Assembly (NCBI GenBank): GCA_964504395.1
Contig: CAZDEJ010000001.1
Span: 1-49,014 of the forward strand
Reading direction: 5' to 3'
Origin: an uncultured Halobellus sp.
Lineage (GTDB): Archaea > Halobacteriota > Halobacteria > Halobacteriales > Haloferacaceae
Length of the DNA: 49,014 bases
The notes beneath the pieces are model-generated. The model was given only the letters and a program-made list of their open reading frames with translations, had not been told where the DNA came from and ran no database searches. Position numbers and translations under genes: made by a program. Numbering within the stretch: the first letter of the stretch is position 1; every line of letters begins with the position of its first letter. Shown here piece after piece: positions 10,025 through 19,974 of the stretch.

Positions 10025-10309
10025 TCACAGACGGTTCGGCTCCGGCACCGTCCCGGTCGCCCGGATCGACGCCGGATGGATCACCACCTCCCGCTCGGTG
10101 ACGCGGACGACGGTCCCGCAGTCGAGTCGGAACTCCTCGGCCCGCTCCCACGGTCCCGCGACCCAGGAGCCACACCCCCGAAGCAGTTCCGTCCGGGGAC
10201 GGACGAACACCCCCTCGGGCTCGACACGGTCGACCGTACCGACGACGTCGCCGCCGGGGGTCACGACCGGCTTGCCCTCGTCCGAGGGCGTGAACCGATG
10301 TGCGGTCAT
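10025..10309 (-). CDS. Small PRC-barrel-like protein
   Basis: FTPSDEGKPVVTPGGDVVGTVDRVE; paralogous to 24831-25073. Confidence 0.7.
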   Translation of the reverse strand: MTAHRFTPSDEGKPVVTPGGDVVGTVDRVEPEGVFVRPRTELLRGCGSWVAGPWERAEEFRLDCGTVVRVTEREVVIHPASIRATGTVPEPNRL

Positions 10310-10434
10310 CCGCGCCCTCCCGGTGACGGGACGCCCGCCCGGCGTGCGTGCTCCGATCCGCTGGCTGGTGGCATGCGCTGTAGTCCTCCAACCCGGACCT
10401 ACGTGGAACTACCAAATAAAGCATGCCGTGGAGA

Positions 10435-11199
10435 TCACGGCTGCGTGTCCGCGCCGAGTCCGGACGCGACGGCGTCGAGATGCTCCGTTCCGACGACGGC
10501 GACGACGTCACCCGCGGCCCGGAGATCGCGCAACCGTTCGACCATGCTCGCCTCGCGGGCCGTGTCGATCCGCTCGATCGCCGGCGGGGTTTCGATCGCG
10601 CGGAGGAAGAACTGGCGCTGTGACAGGTGGGACGCCTCGTGGGACGCCTGCGTGGAAGGGGTGTCGAGAAGCGAGCAGTCGTACTCGATGTGTGAGTACA
10701 GTTGCGGACGGACGGGTGTGACCGCGCCGACGTACGCACCGAGCCGGCACGCCACCGCGTGCGAGAGCCCGCTCAGGAGGTCCCGCGTCACGGCGCCGAC
10801 GACGCTCGGCGGCGGGGGGTCCGTGAGCAACCCCGTCACGAGCAGCCGCAGGTACGTCGCGTTCGGCGCGTCGATCCCGACCGTCGAGGCGTCGCCAGCC
10901 GCTTGGATCGCGGCGCTCATCTCCCCGCCGAGCCGTGGGGGGACGAACCGGTCCCGTCCGTACAGTTTGAAGAGCGCCACCGCGAGCGGCGGCAGTTCCA
11001 GCGCGAGCGTCTCAGGCGCAACCGCCTCGATCAGCCGGACCGCTCGAAATACACTCGCGGGGTGGTCGTGCACCACGCCCACGAGCAGCGTGGTTCCGAC
11101 CCCGTGGTGGCCGGGCAGACAACGAACGTGTCGCTCGTCGAGGCGCGGATCGCCCAGCGAATCCGCTTGCGTCGTCGGAACGTCGGCACAGTCGAACAT
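10435..11199 (-). CDS. TraB/PrgY/GumN-like protein
   Basis: LVGVVHDHPAS, LALEL, GGEMSAAIQAA, REASMVERL and VVAVVGTEHL match the spacing of TraB-family motifs; start inferred at ATG 11199. Confidence 0.65.
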   Translation of the reverse strand: MFDCADVPTTQADSLGDPRLDERHVRCLPGHHGVGTTLLVGVVHDHPASVFRAVRLIEAVAPETLALELPPLAVALFKLYGRDRFVPPRLGGEMSAAIQAAGDASTVGIDAPNATYLRLLVTGLLTDPPPPSVVGAVTRDLLSGLSHAVACRLGAYVGAVTPVRPQLYSHIEYDCSLLDTPSTQASHEASHLSQRQFFLRAIETPPAIERIDTAREASMVERLRDLRAAGDVVAVVGTEHLDAVASGLGADTQP

Positions 11200-11328
11200 A
11201 CCGGGATCTGTCGCGAGTGAACTGTTGTCGCGAGCCCGTTTGACCGTACCGGTCCGGGTTGTGACCGCCTCGGTAGCGGGCGACGACGGGTGGGATTTAT
11301 CTTCCGCGCCGGCGTCAGTCGAAACGGG

Positions 11329-11469
11329 ATGCGCACCATCGAGCTTGACGAGGAGGTAGTCGAGCGTATCGAGACGCACCTCGAGGACGACGAGACCGTC
11401 TCCGAGTTCGTCGAGGAACTGATCGCGATCTACGAACAGGAGGGCCGGTTCCTCCAGGAGGGGGCGTGA
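11329..11469 (+). CDS. 46-aa acidic small protein (DUF7557-like), absent from the ORF track
   Basis: MRTIELDEEVVERIETHLEDDETVSEFVEELIAIYEQEGRFLQEGA*; TTTATC box about 30 nt upstream. Confidence 0.8.
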   Translation: MRTIELDEEVVERIETHLEDDETVSEFVEELIAIYEQEGRFLQEGA

Positions 11470-11527
11470 GAGCCGAGAGCGCGACCCTTTCCACGGCCGA
11501 GTACCGCCCCGACCGCGGTCCCGGCGG

Positions 11528-11555
11528 GTGGTTTACGTCGTAAGGTGTAAAGCTA
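11528..11555. promoter_or_regulatory. TTTAC-N8-GTGTAAAGCTA element, copy 1 (between convergent genes)
   Basis: gtggtttacgt cgtaag gtgtaaagcta; right arm identical to the copy at 25252-25279. Confidence 0.55.
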
Positions 11556-11581
11556 CGGCGTCGACATCGCCGAGGACGGGG

Positions 11582-13525
11582 CTACGGTCCGAGCGCGTCC
11601 GCGGTGATGTGGGTGTGATCGACGTCGATCGCGTCCGCGTCCGCCGGGAGGAGCGCGACGACGAGGTACGGCGCGTAGCTCGAGAAGTAGTCGAGGAGGT
11701 CGTTTATCCGGCTCGCGTCGATCGCTTCGAGCGAGTCCAACAGCACGAACGGCACCGCCGTATGCACCTCGTGCACGAGGTACCCGGCCAGCGCGAGCAC
11801 CAGCCCGACGACCTCGCGTTCGGACTCCGACAGCGTGTCCACGGTGTCCTCGTAGACGGTTCCCGTGCTCGACTCCCGGACCACGTGGAGGTCGAACGTC
11901 CCCGTCCGCTCCCGGCCGCTCGCGTCGGCTTTCCGCTCGATCCACACCCGTTCGAGGTTCCCGTATCCCAGGAGCGAAAGCACGTCGGCCATCCGGTCGT
12001 TGAACTGCTCCACTGCGGACCGCTCGAGGTCCTCGATCCGCGAGCGGAGGGTCTCGACCTCCGTCCGGAGTTCCTCCCGCCGGGACTCCAGCCGCTGCTT
12101 CTCGTCGGCAAGCCCCTCGATCTCGTCGATCTCCCCGTCAAGGTCGGTCAGCTGCTGTTCGAGCTGCCCCCGTTCGTACTCCAGATCACTCAGCCGTTGG
12201 TACCGGTCGACGACCTCGTCCTCGAACTCCCCGCTCTCCTCGAGGCGGGTTTCGAGCCCCTCGATCTCCCGTTGGACGTTCTCCCGATCCTCCCGGAGCG
12301 ACTGCAACCGGGTCTCGCGCCGCTCGATCTGGCGGTCGATCTCCTGCAGCCGACGTTCGAGTTCGGTCTCGGTGTCGGCAGCCGCCCGGATCTCGTCGCG
12401 TCGCCGCTCTGCCTCGTCGAGGTCGTCGGCGACGCGCCGACGCGTCTCCCGCTGTTCGTCGATCACGGTCCGCAGGTCGTCGAGTCGGTCTGCGACGGCG
12501 CGCTGCGGGACTCGACTGCCGCACGTCCAGCACTCGATCTCCGTGGACATCGGATCGAGAGCCGACGTCGGGTCCCCGCCGCCGGCGTCGATGCCCGGCA
12601 GCTCGTTCGACTCCGACCGTACCAGGTCGTCGTTGAGGTCGACGATCGCGGAGAGGTCGCTGATCAGGTCCTCCAGCTCCCGCTTCCGCGTCCGCAACCC
12701 GTCGATCTCCCGTTCGAGCTCGTCGAGGTCGTCGTCGTCGACCGTGAGATCGTCGAGTTCGGCCTCGACCGTCGCCCGCTCGTCGCGGAGCGCCTCGACG
12801 CTCGTGCGCTGTGTCTCGATCTCCCCGTCGAGCCGGTCGCGCTCCCGCCTGAGATCCTCCATCTCGTCGAGCAACGATTCGGCTTGGCGGGCGTCGGCTT
12901 CGCTGGCGTCGTACTCCTCGATCGCCTCCCGGACGCCTTCCAGTTCCGCCGTGACCTCCTCGAGGTCGGTCTCGACGCCGTTCCGTCGCTCCTCCAGCGC
13001 CGGGAGCCGTGCACGCCGGCGGTCGACATCGTCGAGTTCCGACGTGATCCGCTGTCGTTCCCGTTCGGTCTCGCGGATCCGTCGCTGGATCTCCTCGGTG
13101 TCGACGGGGCGCATAACCACCTCGCGGAGGTCGTCGCCCCGCTGAACCGCCTGCCGGGCGTGGTTCGTTCCGGTGAGCCCCACGAACAGGTCGACGACGT
13201 CGGGATCGTCGTGCACGGGGGTCCCGGCCGTCGTCACGCCGTCCCCCCGTCGGTCGTAGGTCCGCGTGTACGTCTCCCCGCCGAGTGTGAGTTCCACCCA
13301 CCCCTCCTCGGCGTCGGATTTCAGTGTCGTCCGCTCACCCCCCAACGCTCCGGCCAGTGCGCTGAGAAGCGAGGTCCGGTTGGTCGCGTTCCGTCCGGAG
13401 AGCACCGTTACCCCGGGGGGGATTTCGATATCGCACTCCGCGATTCCCCCGACGTTGTGAACCGTGACCCGCGCAGGGGTCGACGCGTCGACGTCGCCGC
13501 GCTCGGCGTTCTGTAGTTCGGTCAT
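11582..13525 (-). CDS. sph3: Archaea-specific SMC-related protein (Sph3-like)
   Basis: NVGGI, degenerate Walker A SGRNATNRTS, long acidic coiled coil, central CWTCG, LSESEREV signature and LLDSLEAID Walker B; divergent from rdfA. Confidence 0.9.
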   Translation of the reverse strand: MTELQNAERGDVDASTPARVTVHNVGGIAECDIEIPPGVTVLSGRNATNRTSLLSALAGALGGERTTLKSDAEEGWVELTLGGETYTRTYDRRGDGVTTAGTPVHDDPDVVDLFVGLTGTNHARQAVQRGDDLREVVMRPVDTEEIQRRIRETERERQRITSELDDVDRRRARLPALEERRNGVETDLEEVTAELEGVREAIEEYDASEADARQAESLLDEMEDLRRERDRLDGEIETQRTSVEALRDERATVEAELDDLTVDDDDLDELEREIDGLRTRKRELEDLISDLSAIVDLNDDLVRSESNELPGIDAGGGDPTSALDPMSTEIECWTCGSRVPQRAVADRLDDLRTVIDEQRETRRRVADDLDEAERRRDEIRAAADTETELERRLQEIDRQIERRETRLQSLREDRENVQREIEGLETRLEESGEFEDEVVDRYQRLSDLEYERGQLEQQLTDLDGEIDEIEGLADEKQRLESRREELRTEVETLRSRIEDLERSAVEQFNDRMADVLSLLGYGNLERVWIERKADASGRERTGTFDLHVVRESSTGTVYEDTVDTLSESEREVVGLVLALAGYLVHEVHTAVPFVLLDSLEAIDASRINDLLDYFSSYAPYLVVALLPADADAIDVDHTHITADALGP

Positions 13526-13530
13526 GATAC

Positions 13531-13566
13531 CGGTAGCATCGGGTTACCGCCGTACGTGTTAAGCTC
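13531..13566. promoter_or_regulatory. Overlapping palindromes in the SMC-gene promoter
   Basis: CGGTAGC-ATCGG-GTTACCG (13531-13549) overlaps GTTAC-N8-GTGTTAAGCTC (13543-13566), 6-41 nt upstream of ATG 13525. Confidence 0.5.
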
Positions 13567-13707
13567 TTGCGTAAAGCCGCTCGGTATCGACTACCAACGC
13601 GCTTATAATTACGAAAGTTGTACTGCTGGATAGGGAATGAATAATCGTATCGTGACGACGTCGACCGTACGGCAGTCCGACCGCGGGGACGGGCGGGGGG
13701 ACGGCGG

Positions 13708-14316
13708 ATGACGATGTCCCCGGACCTGTGTTCGTGTAAGGTCGGACGGACGATCGAGCGCTACGACCTCGCCGGGATGGACGACGCGATCGTTCGGCGT
13801 CGGGAGGAGGACGACGAAAGCCTCCGTGCGCTGGCGGAGTTCGTGAACACCCGGGTCCTGCGGCGCGCGATCGAACGGTACGCGGATCGGGACGTCCTGG
13901 CGGACCCGGGGTCGGTCCTGTCACGACTCACCGGGGGCCAGGACGCCGGGAGAGCCGCCGAAATGCGCGAACGGTTGCGGGGGGCCGGGGTTCCCGTGGA
14001 CGAGGTCACGGACGACTTCGTCTCCCACCAGACCGTCCGGTCGCACCTCAACGGCTGCTTGGACGTGGAGACGGGCCGGTCCCGGGCCACGGACGTCGAG
14101 GACGTCGCGAACCTGATCGAGTGGGCGAGAGCCCGCGACGAGGACATCATCGATCGCGCGATAGCCCGGCTCCGGGAGTCGGGGAAAGTCGACGTCGGGG
14201 AGACGAACGTCATCCACTCGGTTCGCGTGATCTGCGAGGAGTGTGGCGAGTCCCACCGCGTCCAGGAGCTTCTCGACGCGGAGGGGTGTGGGTGCGGCGA
14301 CGCGGCCGCCGCGTGA
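13708..14316 (+). CDS. rdfA: Rod-determining factor RdfA family protein
   Basis: CSCKVGR, SLRALAEFVN, DFVSHQTVRSHL and CEECG...GCGC motifs; divergent from an Sph3-like SMC gene, as in Haloferax volcanii. Confidence 0.88.
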   Translation: MTMSPDLCSCKVGRTIERYDLAGMDDAIVRRREEDDESLRALAEFVNTRVLRRAIERYADRDVLADPGSVLSRLTGGQDAGRAAEMRERLRGAGVPVDEVTDDFVSHQTVRSHLNGCLDVETGRSRATDVEDVANLIEWARARDEDIIDRAIARLRESGKVDVGETNVIHSVRVICEECGESHRVQELLDAEGCGCGDAAAA

Positions 14317-14400
14317 GCCGCGGGACGCTCCGGCCGCGGACCCGTCCCGCCGAATGATTCAACTGGTCACCCGCCGAAGTTCGACCGAGGGAGCGAGACG

Positions 14401-15036
14401 ATGACCCACACGTTCACGGACCGGACCGACGCCGGCCAGCGGCTGGCGGCCGTACTCGACGACCGCGGGGTCGCAGCGGACGTCGTACTGGCGATCCCGC
14501 GCGGGGGGCTCCCGGTCGGGCGGGCGGTCGCGGACGCCCTCGGTGCGCCGCTCGACGTCGTCTCGGCACGGAAGCTCGGCGCACCGGGAAACCCCGAACT
14601 CGCGATCGGCGCCGTCGCCAGCGACGGGACCGTCTGGCTGAACGACCCGCTGATCCGCGAACTCGGAATCGACGACGCGTACGTCGGCGACCGGATCGAC
14701 CGCGAGCGCGCGGCGGCACTGGAGACGGTCGAGCGCTACCGGGGAACCCGTCCGGCGCTCGACCTGCGGGGACGGACGGTGCTCGTCGTCGACGACGGGG
14801 TCGCCACGGGAGCCACGACGATCGCGTGCCTCAGACTGGTCCGAGCCGCCGGCGCCGACCGCGTCGTCTTAGCGGTTCCAGTGGCGCCCCCCGAGGCCGT
14901 CGACAGGCTTCGGGACGAGGCCGACGACGTGATCTGCGTCGAGGCGCCGTCGCGGTTCGGTGCGGTCGGACGGTTCTACGAGTCCTTCGAGCAAGTGTCC
15001 GACGAACGCGCCCGTGCGTATCTGAACACCGACTGA
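14401..15036 (+). CDS. Phosphoribosyltransferase family protein
   Basis: FTDRTDAGQRLA, LAIPRGG, RKLGAPGNPELAIGA and the PRPP loop VVDDGVATGAT. Confidence 0.93.
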   Translation: MTHTFTDRTDAGQRLAAVLDDRGVAADVVLAIPRGGLPVGRAVADALGAPLDVVSARKLGAPGNPELAIGAVASDGTVWLNDPLIRELGIDDAYVGDRIDRERAAALETVERYRGTRPALDLRGRTVLVVDDGVATGATTIACLRLVRAAGADRVVLAVPVAPPEAVDRLRDEADDVICVEAPSRFGAVGRFYESFEQVSDERARAYLNTD

Positions 15037-15241
15037 CCCCGGAGCCGCCACGCGTTGCCCGCGTCTGATCCGGTGTACTGACCCCTACAACTTAATTATC
15101 GAGCGAATCAAATAGTGATACGGTCACACAAACGGCTGCCGAACGCGGTGCACCGATCGGACCGACCGACGCACGGCCCTGCTCGGACGATTCGCGGCGG
15201 ACGCGAGCGTTCGAACGACGGGCGCGAAACCAGTCACGACC

Positions 15242-16678
15242 ATGCCCCAGCCGACACGACTCACACAAGTGGCGGAGAACGTCTACGAGATACCACGAAC
15301 CGGCGAGATGCGCGTCCCTGTCCGGGTGTACGGGTCGGAGTCGCTCGTCGAAGACATGCGGAGCGAGGGTGACCTGACGCTCACCCAGGGCAGAAACGTC
15401 GCGACCCTCCCCGGGATCCGGAGGTTCGCCGTGGTCCTCCCCGACGGGCACCAAGGGTACGGGTTCCCGATCGGCGGTGTGGCGGCGGTCGACGCGGAGG
15501 CAGGCGTGATCAGCCCCGGCGGAATCGGGTTCGACATCAACTGCGGCGTCCGCCTGTTGCGGACGCCCCTGCGCTACGACGACGTCGTCGGGCGGGAGCA
15601 GGAACTCGTGGACCGCCTCTACCGGACGATTCCGTGTGGGTTGGGGACGGGCGGTTACCTCGACGTCGGCTCGGCCGACCTGCGGGGTGTTCTCGAGCGG
15701 GGGCTGGAGTGGATGCGGGAGCACGGTCACGCGACCGACGAGGACCTCGAACGTTGTGAGGAGAACGGCCGTCTCGACGGGGACCCGCGGGCAGTTCCGG
15801 ACACCGCACGCGACCGGGGACGGAACCAGCTCGGGTCGTTGGGGTCGGGGAACCACTTCCTCGAAGTCCAGCGCGTCGTCGAAGTCTACGACGGAGAGAC
15901 TGCCGAGGCGTTCGGCCTCGACGGGGACCGCGTTGTCGTGATGATCCACTCCGGGTCTCGGGGGCTTGGCCACCAGACGTGTACGGAGTACGTGCGACGC
16001 TTCGAGCGGAGCTTTCCCGGCATCGCGGAGTCGCTCCCCGACAAACAGCTCATCTACGCGCCGTTGGACGAACGGCTCGCCGAGGAGTACAAATCGGCGA
16101 TGAACGCCGCGGCGAACTTCGCGTGGGCAAACCGCCAGGCGATGACCCGTGGCGTCCGCGAGGTGTTCCGGGACCTGTTCGGCGTGACCGACGTAGAACT
16201 CGTTTACGACGTCTCCCACAACATCGCAAAAGAGGAGCGCCACCGCGTCGACGGCCGAGAACGGACCGTCCTGGTCCACCGAAAGGGAGCGACGCGAGCG
16301 TTCCCGGCTGGCCACCCTGAGCTTCCCGAGGCGTACCGGCAGGTCGGACAGCCGGTGTTCATCCCCGGGAGTATGGGAGGGTCGTCCTACGTCCTCCGCG
16401 GCGGGGAGAAGTCGCTGGATCGCACGTTCGGGTCGACGGCACACGGCGCCGGGCGGCTCATGTCTCGAACCCGGGCGAAGACCCAGTACACGGCCGACGA
16501 ACTGCAGCGAACCCTCCGCGAACGGGGGATCTACGTCCGGGCACGGTCCGGAGCGACGCTGTCCGAGGAGGCCCCGGGTGCGTACAAGGACGTCGACGAA
16601 GTCATCCGCGTCAGCGACGCCCTCGACATCGGTACCAAGGTCGCCCGGACGCGCCCCGTCGTGAACATCAAAGGGTGA
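15242..16678 (+). CDS. rtcB: RtcB family RNA ligase
   Basis: PDGHQGYGFPIG, GFDINCG, GSGNHF, HSGSRGLG, HNIAK, HRKGAT, HGAGR and EEAPGAYKD motifs. Confidence 0.97.
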   Translation: MPQPTRLTQVAENVYEIPRTGEMRVPVRVYGSESLVEDMRSEGDLTLTQGRNVATLPGIRRFAVVLPDGHQGYGFPIGGVAAVDAEAGVISPGGIGFDINCGVRLLRTPLRYDDVVGREQELVDRLYRTIPCGLGTGGYLDVGSADLRGVLERGLEWMREHGHATDEDLERCEENGRLDGDPRAVPDTARDRGRNQLGSLGSGNHFLEVQRVVEVYDGETAEAFGLDGDRVVVMIHSGSRGLGHQTCTEYVRRFERSFPGIAESLPDKQLIYAPLDERLAEEYKSAMNAAANFAWANRQAMTRGVREVFRDLFGVTDVELVYDVSHNIAKEERHRVDGRERTVLVHRKGATRAFPAGHPELPEAYRQVGQPVFIPGSMGGSSYVLRGGEKSLDRTFGSTAHGAGRLMSRTRAKTQYTADELQRTLRERGIYVRARSGATLSEEAPGAYKDVDEVIRVSDALDIGTKVARTRPVVNIKG

Positions 16679-16775
16679 CTGCCGGCTCGACGCCGGAGGC
16701 GGGCGCACCGGGATCGGGGAGACCCGGCAGGCACCGACCACCGGCGTCAAGTCGCTTCGGGACCGACTCACAACC

Positions 16776-17171
16776 ATGCGATGCCGGTCACCCGAGGCTG
16801 CGTGGACGTGGGTCGCGTACACCACGGTCGCCCTCCTCCTCGCGTCGGTCGTACCGTCCCCGCTCCGGCGGCATCCGGAGTGGAATCGAGTTGGCCCGGA
16901 CAAGCTCCTCCACCTCGTGGGGCACGCGGGCTACGCGGTGACGCTCGCGAACGCGTTCGGAACCGGCCGGCGTACCGACCGAGAGGCGGCAGTACTCGCG
17001 GTGTGCATCTCGACCGGTCACGGCGTCGTGACCGGACGCCTCCAGGAACGGATCCCCGGACGGGCGTTCGAACCCGCGGACGTCGTCGCTGGCCTGCTCG
17101 GATCGGTTCTCGCCGTGTCGGGGTGGTACGTGCTCGCCGACGCGGGGCCCGACCCCGACCGCAGCACGTGA
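16776..17171 (+). CDS. VanZ-like membrane protein
   Basis: DKLLHLVGHAGYA...QERIPGRAFEPADVVAGLLG; the conserved E before LQ appears replaced. Confidence 0.7.
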   Translation: MRCRSPEAAWTWVAYTTVALLLASVVPSPLRRHPEWNRVGPDKLLHLVGHAGYAVTLANAFGTGRRTDREAAVLAVCISTGHGVVTGRLQERIPGRAFEPADVVAGLLGSVLAVSGWYVLADAGPDPDRST

Positions 17172-17262
17172 CGCGGGCGGGCGAGCGACGACACCCCCGG
17201 ATGTGGACCGAACTGGTCCGCCGAGAGGTATTTCCAAGTGGGACGGCCGTGTACGGCCGACG

Positions 17263-19848
17263 ATGCGCGACTCCCCACACGGCCGTGCAGCCGAGGAGGT
17301 GCTGGCGGACCTCGACGGCTCCACCGAAGGGCTGGGCTCGGGCGAGGCTAACCGGCGGCTCGCGACGCACGGCGACAACGAAGTCGTTCGAGCCGGCGAA
17401 CGCACGGTGCGTGCGATCCTTCTCGCGCAGTTCGACGGCGTGCTCGTTCGGGTGTTGCTGGCGGCGGCCGTGCTCTCGGCGTGGGCTGGGCACCTCGTCG
17501 ACGCGGTGCTCATCGCCGTTATCGTGTGTGTCAACGGGGTCTTCGGCTTCGTGCAGGATTACCGCGCCGAACGGAGCCTGGAAGCGCTCCGTGCGCTGAC
17601 TGCGCCGACGGCGACCGTCCGGCGGAACGGAACGGCCGTCGAGGTCGCCGCGGCCGAGCTCGTGCCCGGCGACGTGATCGAACTGGAGAGCGGCGACGTC
17701 GTCCCCGCGGACGGGCGGCTGCTCGCGGGCACCGACCTCGAAGTCGACGAGGCGGCGCTCACCGGGGAGAGTGCGCCGGTCCCGAAGTCGACCGACCCCG
17801 TCGATCCGGACGCACCGCTCGCCGAGCGGCACAGCATGGTGTTCAGCAGCACGAGCGTCACGCGCGGCAAGGGAGTTGCCGTCGTCACCGCCACGGGGAT
17901 GGCCACCGAGGTCGGATCGATCGCGCGGGAGCTCGCGGCCACCGAGGAGACGCGGACGCCGCTTCAGCGGGAGCTCGACCGGCTCGGGCGCCGGCTGGGC
18001 CTCGGCGTGTCGGCCCTGGCTGCGCTCGTGATCCCGCTGTTGCTGATCCGGGGGACGCCGCTCGTCGAGGCGGGGCTCACCGCGGTGTCGCTGGCTGTCG
18101 CCGCCGTGCCCGAGGGGTTGCCGGCCGTGGTGACACTGACCCTCGCGCTCGGGGTACGGACGATGGCCGACGAGAACGCACTCGTTCGACGTCTGCCGGC
18201 CGTCGAGGCGCTGGGGGCGGTCGACGTCATCTGCGCCGACAAGACCGGCACGCTCACACAGGGCCGGATGGCCGTCAGCAGGGTGTGGGTAGCGGACACG
18301 GTCGTCGAACTCGACGAGGTCGACAGCGGCGCACAGTGCGATCGGGCCGCCCTCCTGTTGCGGGCCGGTGCGCTGTGCAACGACGCCACCGCCGACCAGG
18401 GGACTCCGACGGAACGGGCGCTGGTCGAGGCGGCCGACGACCGCGGCATCGACGTCTGTGCGCTCCGGGAGCGGAATCCCCGGTCCGACGAAGTCCCGTT
18501 CTCCTCGGAGCGGAAGTGGATGGGAACCGTTCACGGAGACGTGGGGTACGTCAAGGGCGCCCCCGAAGTCGTGCTCTCGAACTGCTCCCGTGTGCTCACC
18601 GACGACGGCCCCGCCGCACTCACGCCCGAGGGGGTCGAACGCGTCCGGAGCCGGGTTCGGACGTTCGCCGACGAAGCCCTTCGCGTGCTCGCGATCGCCT
18701 ACACGACGGACACGGAGGACCTGGAGAACGGCCTGGTGTTCGTCGGACTGGTGGGGATGCTCGACCCGCCGCGCGAGGAGGTCGCCGACGCGCTTGTGGC
18801 GACCGAGCGGGCCGGGATCGGAGTCAGGATGATAACCGGCGACAACGCCCGGACGGCCGCCGCGATCGCGAAGGAACTCGGGATGCGTGGGGAGGTGACG
18901 GAGGGACGTGAGCTCGACGAGTTGGACGACGAGGAGCTGGCGGAGCGCGTCGAAACGGTCACCGTGTTCGCTCGGACGTCTCCGGAACACAAAGTGCGGA
19001 TCCTCCGGGCGCTCCAGCGGAACGGACACGTCGTCGCGATGACGGGCGACGGGGTCAACGACGCGCCGGCACTGAAGAACGCCGACGTCGGCGTCGCGAT
19101 GGGTGTCCGCGGGACTGACGTGGCCAAACGGGCGAGCGACGTGGTGTTGCTGGACGACAACTACGCCACCATCGAGCGGGCGGTCGAACGCGGGCGGGCC
19201 ATCTTCGACAACCTCTGGAAGTTCGTCGCGTTCCTTCTGAGTGCGAACGTGGCCGAGGTTGCGCTCGTCTTTCTCGCGTCGCTGTGGGGATACCTGGTGC
19301 TGCCGGCGGTGCAGCTGCTGTGGATCAACCTCCTCACCGACGGCCTCCCCGCGCTGGCTCTGGGGGCGGATCCCCGGGGCGCGGACGTGATGGACCGCCC
19401 GCCGCGTGATCCGGCGGCCGGCATCGTCGACCGCGGGATGCTCGGTGTCATCGGGGGTACCGGGGCGGTCTCGACGGTACTCATGCTCGGGCTGACGTTC
19501 CACGTGCTGGGCGGAGCCCCCGACGTGTCGCCGTACGCGATGACGATGGTGTTCACGGGGTTCGTGCTCCTCGAGTTCGAGAAGCTCTACGTCATCCGCT
19601 GGCTCCGGGAGACGCCCACGTTCTCGAATCCGTGGCTCGCGCTCGCGGTGGGCAGCTCGGTCGCGTTACAGCTCGCTGTGCTGTACACGCCGCTGAACCG
19701 CTATTTCGGGACGGTACCGCTCGGGGTCGAAGACTGGGGTCTCATCGCGGTCGTGCTCCTCGTCGGACTACCCGCGTACCTCGGGGTCGCCCGGGCGATC
19801 AAGCGACGCCGGTCGCCGGGCGGGACCGCCGACCCCGGCCGCAGCTGA
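17263..19848 (+). CDS. Cation-translocating P-type ATPase, type IIA-like (Ca2+-type)
   Basis: TGES, PEGL, DKTGTLT, KGAPE, TGDN, TGDGVNDAPALK and QLLWINLLTDGLPA motifs. Confidence 0.95.
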   Translation: MRDSPHGRAAEEVLADLDGSTEGLGSGEANRRLATHGDNEVVRAGERTVRAILLAQFDGVLVRVLLAAAVLSAWAGHLVDAVLIAVIVCVNGVFGFVQDYRAERSLEALRALTAPTATVRRNGTAVEVAAAELVPGDVIELESGDVVPADGRLLAGTDLEVDEAALTGESAPVPKSTDPVDPDAPLAERHSMVFSSTSVTRGKGVAVVTATGMATEVGSIARELAATEETRTPLQRELDRLGRRLGLGVSALAALVIPLLLIRGTPLVEAGLTAVSLAVAAVPEGLPAVVTLTLALGVRTMADENALVRRLPAVEALGAVDVICADKTGTLTQGRMAVSRVWVADTVVELDEVDSGAQCDRAALLLRAGALCNDATADQGTPTERALVEAADDRGIDVCALRERNPRSDEVPFSSERKWMGTVHGDVGYVKGAPEVVLSNCSRVLTDDGPAALTPEGVERVRSRVRTFADEALRVLAIAYTTDTEDLENGLVFVGLVGMLDPPREEVADALVATERAGIGVRMITGDNARTAAAIAKELGMRGEVTEGRELDELDDEELAERVETVTVFARTSPEHKVRILRALQRNGHVVAMTGDGVNDAPALKNADVGVAMGVRGTDVAKRASDVVLLDDNYATIERAVERGRAIFDNLWKFVAFLLSANVAEVALVFLASLWGYLVLPAVQLLWINLLTDGLPALALGADPRGADVMDRPPRDPAAGIVDRGMLGVIGGTGAVSTVLMLGLTFHVLGGAPDVSPYAMTMVFTGFVLLEFEKLYVIRWLRETPTFSNPWLALAVGSSVALQLAVLYTPLNRYFGTVPLGVEDWGLIAVVLLVGLPAYLGVARAIKRRRSPGGTADPGRS

Positions 19849-19974
19849 GGTCTGACCCCCCGTCGCGACCGAGGTCCGCACCGCTCGCGGCGTCGCGGGC
19901 TGGGGTCGCCAGCCCTGGCGGTTCGCTGGCTGGGCGGGGCCGCATCGGCCGTCGGACGGTGGAGTCACCAGGCT

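Noticed and set aside
11528..13516. 662-aa and 426-aa plus-strand ORFs
   Set aside because: Shadows of the SMC coiled-coil gene on the opposite strand.
11582..14316. SMC gene as a Wadjet- or Lamassu-type defence system
   Set aside because: No kleisin, nuclease or effector neighbours; motifs and the rdfA partner match the Sph3-type family.
15092..16903. 603-aa minus-strand ORF
   Set aside because: Antisense to rtcB.
16768..19503. 911-aa minus-strand ORF
   Set aside because: Antisense shadow of the P-type ATPase; Arg/His-rich, no motifs, expected at high GC3.
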